A stretch of DNA of 34,572 nucleotides from Nitrospirae bacterium CG2_30_53_67 (GCA_001873285.1 MNYV01000075.1:1-34572); one strand, 5' to 3'; shown: positions 21,876-30,654, counted from the stretch's first letter. The notes: generated by a model from the letters alone, not told the origin. Numbers and translations: made by a program.

Positions 21876-23096
21876 TTATTTGTGTAGATTGTTGTGATTG
21901 TTGTTGTGCCGTCTCAGGTCATCAAAATACAGGGTGCTCTTTTTTTCCACACAAGCGGCTGCGTATAAATACATTGCTGCTGACCAGGTCTGCCAATCTT
22001 GCCCACGGGGTTCCCCTGTTTGGGCCTTAATCCATTCGTTAAAACCAAACGAAACATCATGGTCACGGGTTAATTTTACCAATGCGGTTAAACTAAGTAA
22101 CTTTTCTTCAGCTAAACGATATTTTTGCACTGCCACTATAGAAGCCACGTAAAAAGCAGATATAAAGGGCCAGACGCCTCCGTTATGATATTCGCCCGGA
22201 AGGTTAAATTGTTCATATCTTTTGTGCCAGTCAGGGTTAGTCGGCTGTATATATGGAATCAAGCAAGGCGGCAGTTTTATAGCCAACTCTTCTCTTTTAA
22301 TCAACGCCTCACTTTCAGCTTCAACCCAAAGCACCATCTCGAGCGCCCGGCTATGAGAAGCCACACCGGATAATATAGCCAAACTATTGCCCAATAAATC
22401 AAAACGGTCATCACTATGGATTTTATATGAAGACATCGCGTAATATGGTTTGTGTTTGACTACTAAACCTTCATGCACGTGCCGGTTTCTGCGCCCCCCT
22501 CGAACATTCAGCCTGTTCATCATTTTTTTTAACATATCAGCCCGGTCATTGAAGCCATAAAGCTTGAGATAGGTGTAAGTTAATGTATTAACATAAAGGC
22601 CAAATCCCATAACCCAGTGTTCATCTCGCCAGTCACTGGTCGGTAACTGAGCAACCATCTCTGAACAATCCGGACTTTGATATTCCATCCAAGTAAGTGC
22701 TTTTTGCGCCGCTTTTTCTAAAAACAATTTTTCTCCAGTCACTTTCCGATAAAGCGCTAATCCAATTAAAAATAACGGCGTGGTATCACTTGCGCCTAAA
22801 TCATGGGGATCATGGGCTAAGGAAGGTATATGTCCTAAGTTGGTTTGATTTTTAGCTAAAGCTTCCAATGTCCGACGCAATGAATCAATTAATTCTTCGT
22901 TTCCTGAAGCAAGCATTCCAAAGGCCGCAATCATTAAATCTCTGGTATAGGGCTCTGGATATCCCCAGCCAGCAGTTCTGGGCAGTTCTTGATAGGGTCC
23001 GTCAACGTTATGCAACAGTATCTCTATAGCAGCTTCCTTAGCTTCCTGAATTTCAGCTTTGTTTTTTTCATTAAGAACTGAATTTTTTTTGAACAT
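21876..23096 (-). CDS. (alpha/alpha)6 glycoside hydrolase, GH100 (neutral invertase)/amylo-alpha-1,6-glucosidase-like
   Basis: YTRD, SDWRDE, YHNGGVWPF, FNEW and QTWSAAMYL resemble neutral invertase motifs (YHNGGSWP, QTWS). Confidence 0.75.
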   Translation of the reverse strand: MFKKNSVLNEKNKAEIQEAKEAAIEILLHNVDGPYQELPRTAGWGYPEPYTRDLMIAAFGMLASGNEELIDSLRRTLEALAKNQTNLGHIPSLAHDPHDLGASDTTPLFLIGLALYRKVTGEKLFLEKAAQKALTWMEYQSPDCSEMVAQLPTSDWRDEHWVMGFGLYVNTLTYTYLKLYGFNDRADMLKKMMNRLNVRGGRRNRHVHEGLVVKHKPYYAMSSYKIHSDDRFDLLGNSLAILSGVASHSRALEMVLWVEAESEALIKREELAIKLPPCLIPYIQPTNPDWHKRYEQFNLPGEYHNGGVWPFISAFYVASIVAVQKYRLAEEKLLSLTALVKLTRDHDVSFGFNEWIKAQTGEPRGQDWQTWSAAMYLYAAACVEKKSTLYFDDLRRHNNNHNNLHK

Positions 23097-24244
23097 TATG
23101 ATATCCCTAAACGATTGGAAACAATTTCTACAAATTTTTTGGCTACTATTTTATAGTCGAAAAGCTTTGCTGCTCTTTTGCGTCCAGCTTCACCCATTTT
23201 TTTGCGTAAATCGGCGTCTTCCATCAACTTTAAAAGATAATCTGCTATATCATGAATACTGGCCCGAAAGTCTACAGTGCGGGGAGGGTTAAAAAGAACT
23301 CGGTGTCCCTTTTCATAACCGGATTCTTCACCAATGATGGCTTCGTTAACTACAATTTGGGTGGCAACATTCGCTAAAAATGCAGTTTCCCCATGTTTCA
23401 TGGTATCTAAAAAACCCATGGCATTGATTGCCAATACTGGTTTCCCGCAAGAATTTGCCTCTACAGCCGGCATACCAAATCCTTCCAATCTAGAGGGAGA
23501 CGCATAAATATCACAAGCTGCAAATAAATACGGCATAAAGTATCTTGACAGGACACCTTCAGAATAAAGCACATTTTTTTCTATACCCAAATGAGTGGCC
23601 AATTGCAGGTCAATAAGGTTTTGGGCTTTTGTACGAGCCTGTGGCCAAACCTTACATATATATCTCCAATCCGGCGCTTTTTGGTCAATTAGCGCTAATG
23701 CCTGCATGACTTCCTGAGCTCCTTTGGAAGCGGCATCTCCTCCTACAGTTAAAAGCATTAACTGGTCTTTAGGTATCCCGAATGTATTACGAACAGCTTG
23801 TACTTTTGAATCATCCTGATCCATCGGGGTAAAAACATTTGTATCACAACCAATGGGCAATACCTCTATATTGTCTCCTTTTACTCCGTCTCTAATATAT
23901 GTTTCTTTAACCCAATTTGAAGTAACTAAAATCAACGGCAACGAATTCAATATCTCATGATAATTCGCCACATAGCCGTCCGCTATTAACCAAGGAACAG
24001 GTTGAACACCATAACGTTTTGGATGAAGCACGATATGAGGGGTGTGCCCCCAATAGCCTATCCCCACAACGATATTCGGTTTAAACCATCTGTAATACCA
24101 CTCCTTTTCAGTTGGTGATTGAAAATGAACACCACATACGTCAACTCCTATCTCCTTAAGGCCTCGGTATAAAAGTGCTCCCTGGGTAGCAATCCCTCCG
24201 GGAGAAGTCGGATCAAACAACACCAAGACTTTCATTTTAACCAC
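23096..24244 (-). CDS. GT4 (GT-B) glycosyltransferase
   Basis: GGIATQ near the N-terminus, SKG, DIYASPSRLEGFGMPAVEANSCGKPV (E-x7-E), KMGEAGRKRA..FDY. Confidence 0.88.
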   Translation of the reverse strand: MVKMKVLVLFDPTSPGGIATQGALLYRGLKEIGVDVCGVHFQSPTEKEWYYRWFKPNIVVGIGYWGHTPHIVLHPKRYGVQPVPWLIADGYVANYHEILNSLPLILVTSNWVKETYIRDGVKGDNIEVLPIGCDTNVFTPMDQDDSKVQAVRNTFGIPKDQLMLLTVGGDAASKGAQEVMQALALIDQKAPDWRYICKVWPQARTKAQNLIDLQLATHLGIEKNVLYSEGVLSRYFMPYLFAACDIYASPSRLEGFGMPAVEANSCGKPVLAINAMGFLDTMKHGETAFLANVATQIVVNEAIIGEESGYEKGHRVLFNPPRTVDFRASIHDIADYLLKLMEDADLRKKMGEAGRKRAAKLFDYKIVAKKFVEIVSNRLGIS

Positions 24245-24264
24245 CTCTCTTAATTGCGAATACT

Positions 24265-24876
24265 TTAAAGTTTTCTGGTAGAATTAGCCTGCCAGAAAGC
24301 CTCAGTCTTTTGTGCGCATTTAGCTTCAAAACTATCATTAGCAAAACCATATATTTGTGTAATTATTTTATGTTTTTGATACCATATGCTTTGCGCCAAA
24401 TTTGACACTAAATCAGCTTTCTCGACAGGCTTCGGCAGATATTTTCCTTGTCCGTCTTCATAAGCAAACAACCACAATTTATCAGAAACAATATCGGCAC
24501 TTTCCCAAAGCTTGATTACGGCCTTACCGATTTGTTCATGTCGTAAATGAGAAGTGTATTCACCTTTCGGGTGGTGAGTTATTATAAGATCGTATTTTAT
24601 TAAAGGAAGTAAGGAAAGGATGTTTTGTTGGATCTCGTGAGTGCGTATTGGCTTGAGCTGAGGACTGTCGTCTAGATCACCCATTTTTCCGGCGGCGCCT
24701 AAAGCCCCGAGTGCTTTGTAGAACTTAGGAGCCCGATCTTTATCACTTGCACGGCATAATGACAGTATAAACCAATCCCAGCTTGGATTGCTCATGATCA
24801 AGCCCCCTGCCCATATAGTTTCGTCATCCGGATGGGCTACAATGACAGCCGCTTTCATTTGTCTATTAGCTTTCAC
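24265..24876 (-). CDS. PIG-L/LmbE family N-deacetylase
   Basis: VIVAHPDDETIWAGG Zn motif; ITHHPKGEYTSHLRH second motif; C-terminal EAF. GTG start. Confidence 0.82.
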   Translation of the reverse strand: MKANRQMKAAVIVAHPDDETIWAGGLIMSNPSWDWFILSLCRASDKDRAPKFYKALGALGAAGKMGDLDDSPQLKPIRTHEIQQNILSLLPLIKYDLIITHHPKGEYTSHLRHEQIGKAVIKLWESADIVSDKLWLFAYEDGQGKYLPKPVEKADLVSNLAQSIWYQKHKIITQIYGFANDSFEAKCAQKTEAFWQANSTRKL

Positions 24877-24931
24877 CTACATTAAGTTATTTTACTTAAT
24901 TTTGTGTCCACTTTTTTAGCTTGCCTCACTT

Positions 24932-24968
24932 TGGGGACGTAGTTTTCCATGACTGCTGTTTTTTTCAA
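24932..24968. repeat. 37-bp degenerate direct repeat, copy B (relict GT4 start overlapping the GH130 stop)
   Basis: Minus strand TTG AAA AAA ACA GCA GTC ATG GAA AAC TAC GTC CCC = LKKTAVMENYVP, versus LKKIAVIGNYLP in the real gene. Confidence 0.85.
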
Positions 24969-26461
24969 TTCCCCTCCAAAACACTGGTGGTTCGGCTATT
25001 CAACATCCTGGACAGTAAATCCTTTACCGGAACAACCGCAATGCCTGACGAGGTATCCGACATGGAGTAAGGGATAATCAAGTCCTCGTTGTGGATCATG
25101 GCTCCGCAGGTATACAACACGTTCGGCACATACCCTTCACGCTCTTCTTCTGTGGGAGAAAGAAGCGGTTCAGACAGGCGGCCGATCACCTTTGTCGGAT
25201 CTTCCAGATCCAGCAGGCAGGCTCCAATGCAATATTTCCTCATGGGACCGACGCCGTGAGTTAACAGGATCCACCCTTCCTCGGTCTCAATGGGAGAGCC
25301 GCAATTGCCGATCTGTATGAACTCCCACGGATACCGTGGCTTCTGCAGAAGTTGGGCTTCTTGCCAGAAGTGAATATTGTCTGAAGACATGATAAACATG
25401 TTTTCACCATCCTGACGGGAGATCATCATATATTTCCCATTAATTTTTCTGGGGAAAAGGGCCATCCCTTTGTTCTGCACGGCATCCCCGTTGAGCGTTC
25501 GAATCTTGAAGTTGTTAAAGTCCCTGGTTTCCAGTAGCATGGGGAGGATATTAAAACCGTTGTAGGCGGTGTAGGTCGCATAGTAGATGGGTTCGTCGTC
25601 GCCATTGAAAAAATGTACGAATCGGGCATCCTCAATCCCCCGGCTTTCGTTTTCAGAGACCGGGAAGATGACTTTCTCTGATATCCTTTTCTCTTTTCTG
25701 AATCTTAATTCGTAATTGGATCTGGCGAGCCAGAGGATCTTCTCAACCGTGTCATGAAGCAAAGGCAGCCGCGCTCCTCTATGCGCGTCGAACTCCCGCT
25801 GAATAGCCGTCTCAAGCTCATAGAAAGAAAACCTGTCGGACAAGTCCTTCAAGATTTCATCGGAGACCTCGTTCTTTGACTCCATATCTTCCAGTTTCAA
25901 CTGGAACACGTATTTGTCGTAGGTCGGGTTCTTTATCACTTCAGGGGTCTCCACAAAGCGGCCCACTTCGTCGAAGTGGAGTTTATTCTTATCATCAAGA
26001 ATGCCGCTTCTGAACTCAATCGAGGAGATATGACCTTCGCCGGTGGAGCGAAAACTCAGAATAAATCGGACGCTCCCTTTGTTGAGATTGCTCTGATCCG
26101 TATGCTTCACGATGGAGGGGTTAAAAAAGGCCGCAGCTTGTACAGAGTATTCATGCGTAAAACAAGCCCCGATCAGGCACCGCCTGTCCCCGGACATCTT
26201 CGTTCCATTCGGGATATAATGTTTGATGACCTTGAAGTTCTTGTCAATTATCCGCCAGATGTCCTTGTGGCGGGTTGAAAAGTCAGTGATGATCTGGTTC
26301 AGGTTCTCCTTGACGTCATCCTCTGAAAGACCAAGAACACGTTGGATGATATGGTTGATCTGCTCAACACTGCTCGGCACGTAGAATTTGGCGATGACTC
26401 TGGAGGGCTCTGAAAAAAACCTTTTTTTTCTTCTTCGTATCTTTAAAGAATTATTATTCAT
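24965..26461 (-). CDS. GH130 glycoside phosphorylase/hydrolase, long form
   Basis: AAFFNPSIV, STGEGHISSIEFR, GIEDARFV, YTAYNG, NKGMALFPRKI, WEFIQIGNCGSP, LTHGVG, EREGYVPNVLYTCG. Start placed at ATG 26461. Confidence 0.88.
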   Translation of the reverse strand: MNNNSLKIRRRKKRFFSEPSRVIAKFYVPSSVEQINHIIQRVLGLSEDDVKENLNQIITDFSTRHKDIWRIIDKNFKVIKHYIPNGTKMSGDRRCLIGACFTHEYSVQAAAFFNPSIVKHTDQSNLNKGSVRFILSFRSTGEGHISSIEFRSGILDDKNKLHFDEVGRFVETPEVIKNPTYDKYVFQLKLEDMESKNEVSDEILKDLSDRFSFYELETAIQREFDAHRGARLPLLHDTVEKILWLARSNYELRFRKEKRISEKVIFPVSENESRGIEDARFVHFFNGDDEPIYYATYTAYNGFNILPMLLETRDFNNFKIRTLNGDAVQNKGMALFPRKINGKYMMISRQDGENMFIMSSDNIHFWQEAQLLQKPRYPWEFIQIGNCGSPIETEEGWILLTHGVGPMRKYCIGACLLDLEDPTKVIGRLSEPLLSPTEEEREGYVPNVLYTCGAMIHNEDLIIPYSMSDTSSGIAVVPVKDLLSRMLNSRTTSVLEGN

Positions 26462-26506
26462 ACTCAAGTTCTTCTCCAATTTAGTGTGCAAGAAGAAATT
26501 TGGTGA

Positions 26507-26546
26507 CACCCCTCATCCTAACCTTCTCCCCATGGGGGAGAAGGGA
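26507..26546. repeat. REP-like element CACCCCTCATCCTAACCTTCTCCCC-ATG-GGGGAGAAGGGA
   Basis: 10-bp perfect stem 26522-26531/26535-26544 between the two GH130 genes. Confidence 0.65.
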
Positions 26547-26583
26547 TATTTAAACTTCCTTTTATCTTCAGCCTTCCAATCTC

Positions 26584-27525
26584 CTAATAAGCTGCCCTTG
26601 AATGCTTCAGGCACATCTCCACAAGATCCGAGATGGTAGCGGACCCAACACACATGACGGTATCCGCGCCGCCCCAATAAAGCTTTACAGTGCCGTCCTC
26701 TTCCGGAACGGCGCCGCAGGTGAAGACAACATTGGGAACATAGCCGGTCGTCTCCCAGGGATCTTCGGGCTGAAGAATCCAGTCATCAGAGATACCGATC
26801 ACTTTGGACGGATCGTCCAAGTCGTGTAAGGCCACGCCTAACCTGTAAACCGCACCTGCCATAGTCCGGTAGACCCCGTGGTAGATATGGAGCCATCCTT
26901 GATCGGTCCTGAACGGGGTGGCTCCAGGACCGATCTTCAGCTCATCCCAGTGATAGGTCACCGGTTTCATCACGACCCTCGACTCTCCCCAATGGATCAG
27001 GTCGGGAGAATAGGATATGTGTATGGACCAAGGTGATATCTCCGAATGAGGGCGGTCAAGACGAGCATATCGCCCGTCAAACTTCTGGGGGAAGATGACC
27101 ACATTTCGCATGTCCGGTTGGGAAATAAGAGCCATACGCTCGACACTCTTAAAATCCGTGGTTCGTGCCAGGGCAATCCTCACTCCATGTCTGGAGTAAG
27201 CGCTGTAGGTAAGCAGATACTCGTCATCTATGGCACAGATACGCAGATCCTCGACCCCATACTCTTCGTATTCGGCGAAGACGCCTTGTTTTGCAGGAAC
27301 AAGGAAAGGCTCCGGACGCACGGTAAAGGAGTAACCCTCTTCGCTTTCCGCCAGACCGATGACACACCGGCCGTTTAAAAGATGGGAACGGAAGAGCATC
27401 ACGTACCTCCCGTCATGTTTGACCATCCCGGCATTATGAACGGTAGAGACGGGGTAGGGTACGTCATCACAGGTCAGAATGGGGTTCTTTTCATACCTTC
27501 GAACCACAGGATTTTTCAAGACCAT
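26584..27525 (-). CDS. GH130 beta-mannoside phosphorylase family protein
   Basis: RYEKNPIL, VHNAG, GVEDLRI, RNVVIFP, RLDRP, KIGPG, IYHGV, YRLG, GYVPNVVFTCG, YWGGADT. Confidence 0.9.
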   Translation of the reverse strand: MVLKNPVVRRYEKNPILTCDDVPYPVSTVHNAGMVKHDGRYVMLFRSHLLNGRCVIGLAESEEGYSFTVRPEPFLVPAKQGVFAEYEEYGVEDLRICAIDDEYLLTYSAYSRHGVRIALARTTDFKSVERMALISQPDMRNVVIFPQKFDGRYARLDRPHSEISPWSIHISYSPDLIHWGESRVVMKPVTYHWDELKIGPGATPFRTDQGWLHIYHGVYRTMAGAVYRLGVALHDLDDPSKVIGISDDWILQPEDPWETTGYVPNVVFTCGAVPEEDGTVKLYWGGADTVMCVGSATISDLVEMCLKHSRAAY

Positions 27526-27530
27526 CTCCT

Positions 27531-28883
27531 CTACTTCCGACCGAAGTCATCCTCGATCCTTACAATATCATCCTCACCGAAATAGTCTCCCATTTGTACC
27601 TCAATAAAGGCCATGTTCTCCTTTGTCGGATTTTCGATACGATGGACACCCCCCCTCGGGATGTCTATGGAATCGCCTTTATTGAGCCGGATCTGTTTCC
27701 CATCCAATGTGACCAGGCCCTCACCATATACCGCAGTCCAATGCTCGGCACGACGCTGGTGCTTCTGGAGGCTCAGCCGCTTTCCGGGATAGACCACGAT
27801 ACGTTTGACTTTGTGGTCCGGTTTGTCGGAAAGGATCGTGTAGTATCCCCACGGACGATGGTCCTCACGTTTTGTCAATTCAAGGATCTGCTCGTAAACT
27901 TGAATGTAATCATTCACCATACGCTCAGCAGAAAAGTTCTTCTCCACAAACCCGCGGCAGGCCGAGCGGTCTATTGCAGACAACTCTTTCACGGCGTCAA
28001 CCGCCTCCTCAACATTGGAGACCAGGAAACCATTCACACCATGCCGAATCAGCTCCGGCATACTGCCCCGGTTAAAAGCAATCACCGGCGTCCCACAGCA
28101 CATGGCCTCAATAATGGAAAGACCGAAGGGCTCCTCAAAACTGATAGGGTGTAACAAAGCGCATGCCTTGCCGAGGAGTTTATCCCTCTGCTCCGGACCC
28201 ACGCTTCCCACATAGGTGACATGATCACCATCGATATGAGGCTTCACCTCTAATTCAAAATAAGCCTCGTCCTGAATCACACCGGCCATGATGAGTTTCT
28301 TGCCTGCGGCCCTGGCAATTTCGATTGCCTCTTTGGCTCCTTTTTCCGGGTGGATCCGGCCGAAGAAGAGAAGCGTGTCCTCAGGTTCAGGTACGAAAGT
28401 AAAGCCATCGAGGTCAATACCGTGGTGGATCGTAGCAATGTAGTTCAGATTCGGTGAACGGTCGGCCTCGCTAATGGCAACATAGAAGGTCTTTTCGTTA
28501 TATTTTTCATAAACAGGCAGGATGCGGGGGGATGAAAAGCCGTGAATCGTTGTGAGAACAGGCGTCGTCACCAGCTTGCTGTATGTCAAAGGGAGAAAAT
28601 CAAAATGGTTGTGAATCAGGTCAAATTCATCGGCCCGGTCAAAGAGTTCGGAAATGTGGAGGCACTCCCAGACCTTGGGTTCGATCTGCCTGTTCTCTTC
28701 GTAGCCTCCTTTGCAGACGGCATGGAGTTGCCCCTTTGTGATGGAGTCCGCCGTGGCAAAAAGGGTCACGTCGACCCCTTTGGCGATCAGCCCCTCCGTC
28801 AACAGAGACACGACACTTTCCCATGGTCCGTAATGTCGTGGAGGCGTTCTCCAAGCAATCGGTGAAAGCATCGCTATGCGCAT
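27531..28883 (-). CDS. GT4 glycosyltransferase fused to a type II phosphomannose isomerase cupin domain
   Basis: MRIAMLSP..PPRHYGPWE, GRIHPEKG, EEPFGLSIIEAMCCGTPV; C-terminal RPWGYY..VKRIVVYPGKRLSLQKHQRRAEHW..HRIENP..IEVQMGDYFGEDDIVRIEDDFGR. Confidence 0.9.
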   Translation of the reverse strand: MRIAMLSPIAWRTPPRHYGPWESVVSLLTEGLIAKGVDVTLFATADSITKGQLHAVCKGGYEENRQIEPKVWECLHISELFDRADEFDLIHNHFDFLPLTYSKLVTTPVLTTIHGFSSPRILPVYEKYNEKTFYVAISEADRSPNLNYIATIHHGIDLDGFTFVPEPEDTLLFFGRIHPEKGAKEAIEIARAAGKKLIMAGVIQDEAYFELEVKPHIDGDHVTYVGSVGPEQRDKLLGKACALLHPISFEEPFGLSIIEAMCCGTPVIAFNRGSMPELIRHGVNGFLVSNVEEAVDAVKELSAIDRSACRGFVEKNFSAERMVNDYIQVYEQILELTKREDHRPWGYYTILSDKPDHKVKRIVVYPGKRLSLQKHQRRAEHWTAVYGEGLVTLDGKQIRLNKGDSIDIPRGGVHRIENPTKENMAFIEVQMGDYFGEDDIVRIEDDFGRK

Positions 28884-29007
28884 AAGGTATATGTAACCTA
28901 TATTCCGATTGACAGCAAGGTTTTTCCCCTCATAGGGGAAGAAGAACCGCCACAGCCCATCCAAAACCGACGAGAAAATTGATCCTTCGATAGTATGAAT
29001 ACCGGGA

Positions 29008-29036
29008 AATCTAACACTCGCTCAGAAATATGTCAA
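29008..29036 (-). promoter_or_regulatory. sigma70-type promoter for the carbohydrate operon
   Basis: Minus strand TTGACA-N17-TAGATT with a TGn extended -10. Confidence 0.6.
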
Positions 29037-29120
29037 ACTGAAACATGATGGCCGGGATCCTGGTTCACATTCGCCATACGGCGCTTACCGATAAGGCTCT
29101 AATGCGGCAGAGTTATGGAT

Positions 29121-29597
29121 TCAAAGAGGTCGTGGTCGGTCCGGATCGGAGTTCTTCAGGGATTCCAATGCTTCCACATCGGCCAAATCCTTGGTTCTTC
29201 CTGACGTCCTCTTGTTTCGAATGAGGTCGTCAATCGAAAGAATATGCACTTCGATTCCCTCAATGTTCAGAGACAGTGACCTTCGATACGTCTCCTCAAA
29301 CTGAAGTCCGGATGCCGCGGTGATGATGTCGATTCGCCTCGGGGCAACTCCGATCTGGAAAATGGTCCCATCCTTCTGAAGGTCTTCTTTGGTCAGATTG
29401 TGCAGCGGGGCGCCGAAGCGGCGCAATGCCCGTAATACGGCATCAGCGTTCTGAGGTGACGGCATGACCCAAATGTCTATGTCCATGGTGGCCCGGGGAT
29501 AACCGTGGGCTGCCATGGCATAGGCGCCGACGAGGAGGAACCTAACCTTCTCGTCGGACAAGACTTGTAATATGTCTTTGTAGTCTTCGTTCAGCAT
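29121..29597 (-). CDS. Nucleotidyltransferase-fold protein (DUF6036-like)
   Basis: LLVGAYAMAAHGYPRATMDIDIW (G..A..RxTxDxD), RIDIIT, K..SGRTKDLADVEAL. Confidence 0.82.
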   Translation of the reverse strand: MLNEDYKDILQVLSDEKVRFLLVGAYAMAAHGYPRATMDIDIWVMPSPQNADAVLRALRRFGAPLHNLTKEDLQKDGTIFQIGVAPRRIDIITAASGLQFEETYRRSLSLNIEGIEVHILSIDDLIRNKRTSGRTKDLADVEALESLKNSDPDRPRPL

Positions 29598-29733
29598 CGT
29601 GCTTTTTACTCAGGGATGATATCTCTTGGGTCAGAATCCAGACGAGCTTAATGCGGTCTGCCGGCGTGCCGGGGACGAAGTCGTCGTTCCGTCGGTCCGA
29701 CATTCGGTATATGGCTGTGTGCTTCCTGTTCAT
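29542..29733 (-). CDS. Small hypothetical protein, partner of the nucleotidyltransferase
   Basis: 63 aa, TPADRIKLVWILT..RLQRHI; overlaps the NTase start and sits just downstream of a consensus promoter. Confidence 0.65.
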   Translation of the reverse strand: MNRKHTAIYRMSDRRNDDFVPGTPADRIKLVWILTQEISSLSKKHDAERRLQRHITSLVRREG

Positions 29734-29772
29734 GCTCTCAATCTACCCTGCTCTTTAAAATAATTTTTTGTG

Positions 29773-29802
29773 ATTATATCTTTGGGGAATTGCGCATGTC
29801 AA
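29773..29802 (-). promoter_or_regulatory. Consensus sigma70 promoter
   Basis: Minus strand TTGACA-N18-TATAAT, 40 bp upstream of ATG 29733. Confidence 0.72.
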
Positions 29803-29934
29803 GAATAATCCTGGAAGGACGCCTGGTGTTCGCTTCGTGGTCCTGTTCGTAAATAGGGTGACGTGCCGAGAGGGTCTCCAATGGAAGGATGAAGCAAGTG
29901 CCACGGAAGCGGTTTAGTTCAACAGGGTTTTCTA

Positions 29935-30654
29935 TTGTCGAAATCCTTTTTTAATGATATAAATGCAATCCTGATGACAAAAATTTCCCTGTTGGTTATC
30001 GTTTCCGTCATGATTCAGTTGGCCGCGGCATTCCTGGCCTTCCGCATGATCAAGGTCTCGAGGCACGTCCCAGGCTGGATCCTGATCTCTCTCGCCCTTT
30101 TTCTCATGGGAGTCCGGCGGATCGCCTCCCTCATGGGTTATCATCTGCCGGGAGCTGAACACTTCAGGGGGGGAACCCCGGAGACCATCGCCTTGGTCAT
30201 TTCCATCCTGATGCTCTGCGGCGTCGTCCTGATACGGCGCTATTTCATCCATCAAAACCGGCAGGAAGAACGCCTTCTCGAATCGGAAAAGCGCTACAAA
30301 ACCCTGTCGGATCAGCTCGAACAACGGGTAGAAGAGAGAACCCGGGAACTCCAGAATACCATTCAGACCCTTCAGGAGTGCCGGCGGATCAAAAGCGATT
30401 TTCTGGGCAGGATGTCCCACGAGCTCCGGACGCCGCTCAACTCCGTCATCGGTTTTTCAGACGTTCTTTTGAACGGCATGGATGGAGAACTCACCAGTGA
30501 ACAGAAAAAAGACGTCGAGATGATCTTCCACAGCGCTCAGCATCTTCTTCAACTAATCGATGATATCCTTGACCAATACAGACATGAATCAGGGAAGGAG
30601 ACACCGGACGCAGGCAAGGCGGGAAGTCCGGAAATCCCGGACGACGTTCATTGA
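29935..30654 (+). CDS. Membrane protein with HisKA domain but no HATPase domain
   Basis: About three TM segments, coiled coil LEQRVEERTREL, H-box KSDFLGRMSHELRTPLNSVIGFSD, LLQLIDDILD, then stop. Start uncertain. Confidence 0.82.
   Translation: MSKSFFNDINAILMTKISLLVIVSVMIQLAAAFLAFRMIKVSRHVPGWILISLALFLMGVRRIASLMGYHLPGAEHFRGGTPETIALVISILMLCGVVLIRRYFIHQNRQEERLLESEKRYKTLSDQLEQRVEERTRELQNTIQTLQECRRIKSDFLGRMSHELRTPLNSVIGFSDVLLNGMDGELTSEQKKDVEMIFHSAQHLLQLIDDILDQYRHESGKETPDAGKAGSPEIPDDVH

Noticed and set aside
23096..24876. Calling the GT4 and PIG-L genes mshA/mshB or bshA/bshB
   Set aside because: Only family-level motifs are visible and no cysteine ligase is present, so orthology cannot be supported.
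29040..29160. Possible integron attC site after the nucleotidyltransferase
   Set aside because: No convincing RYYYAAC...GTTRRRY pair with a complementary stem, and no integrase.
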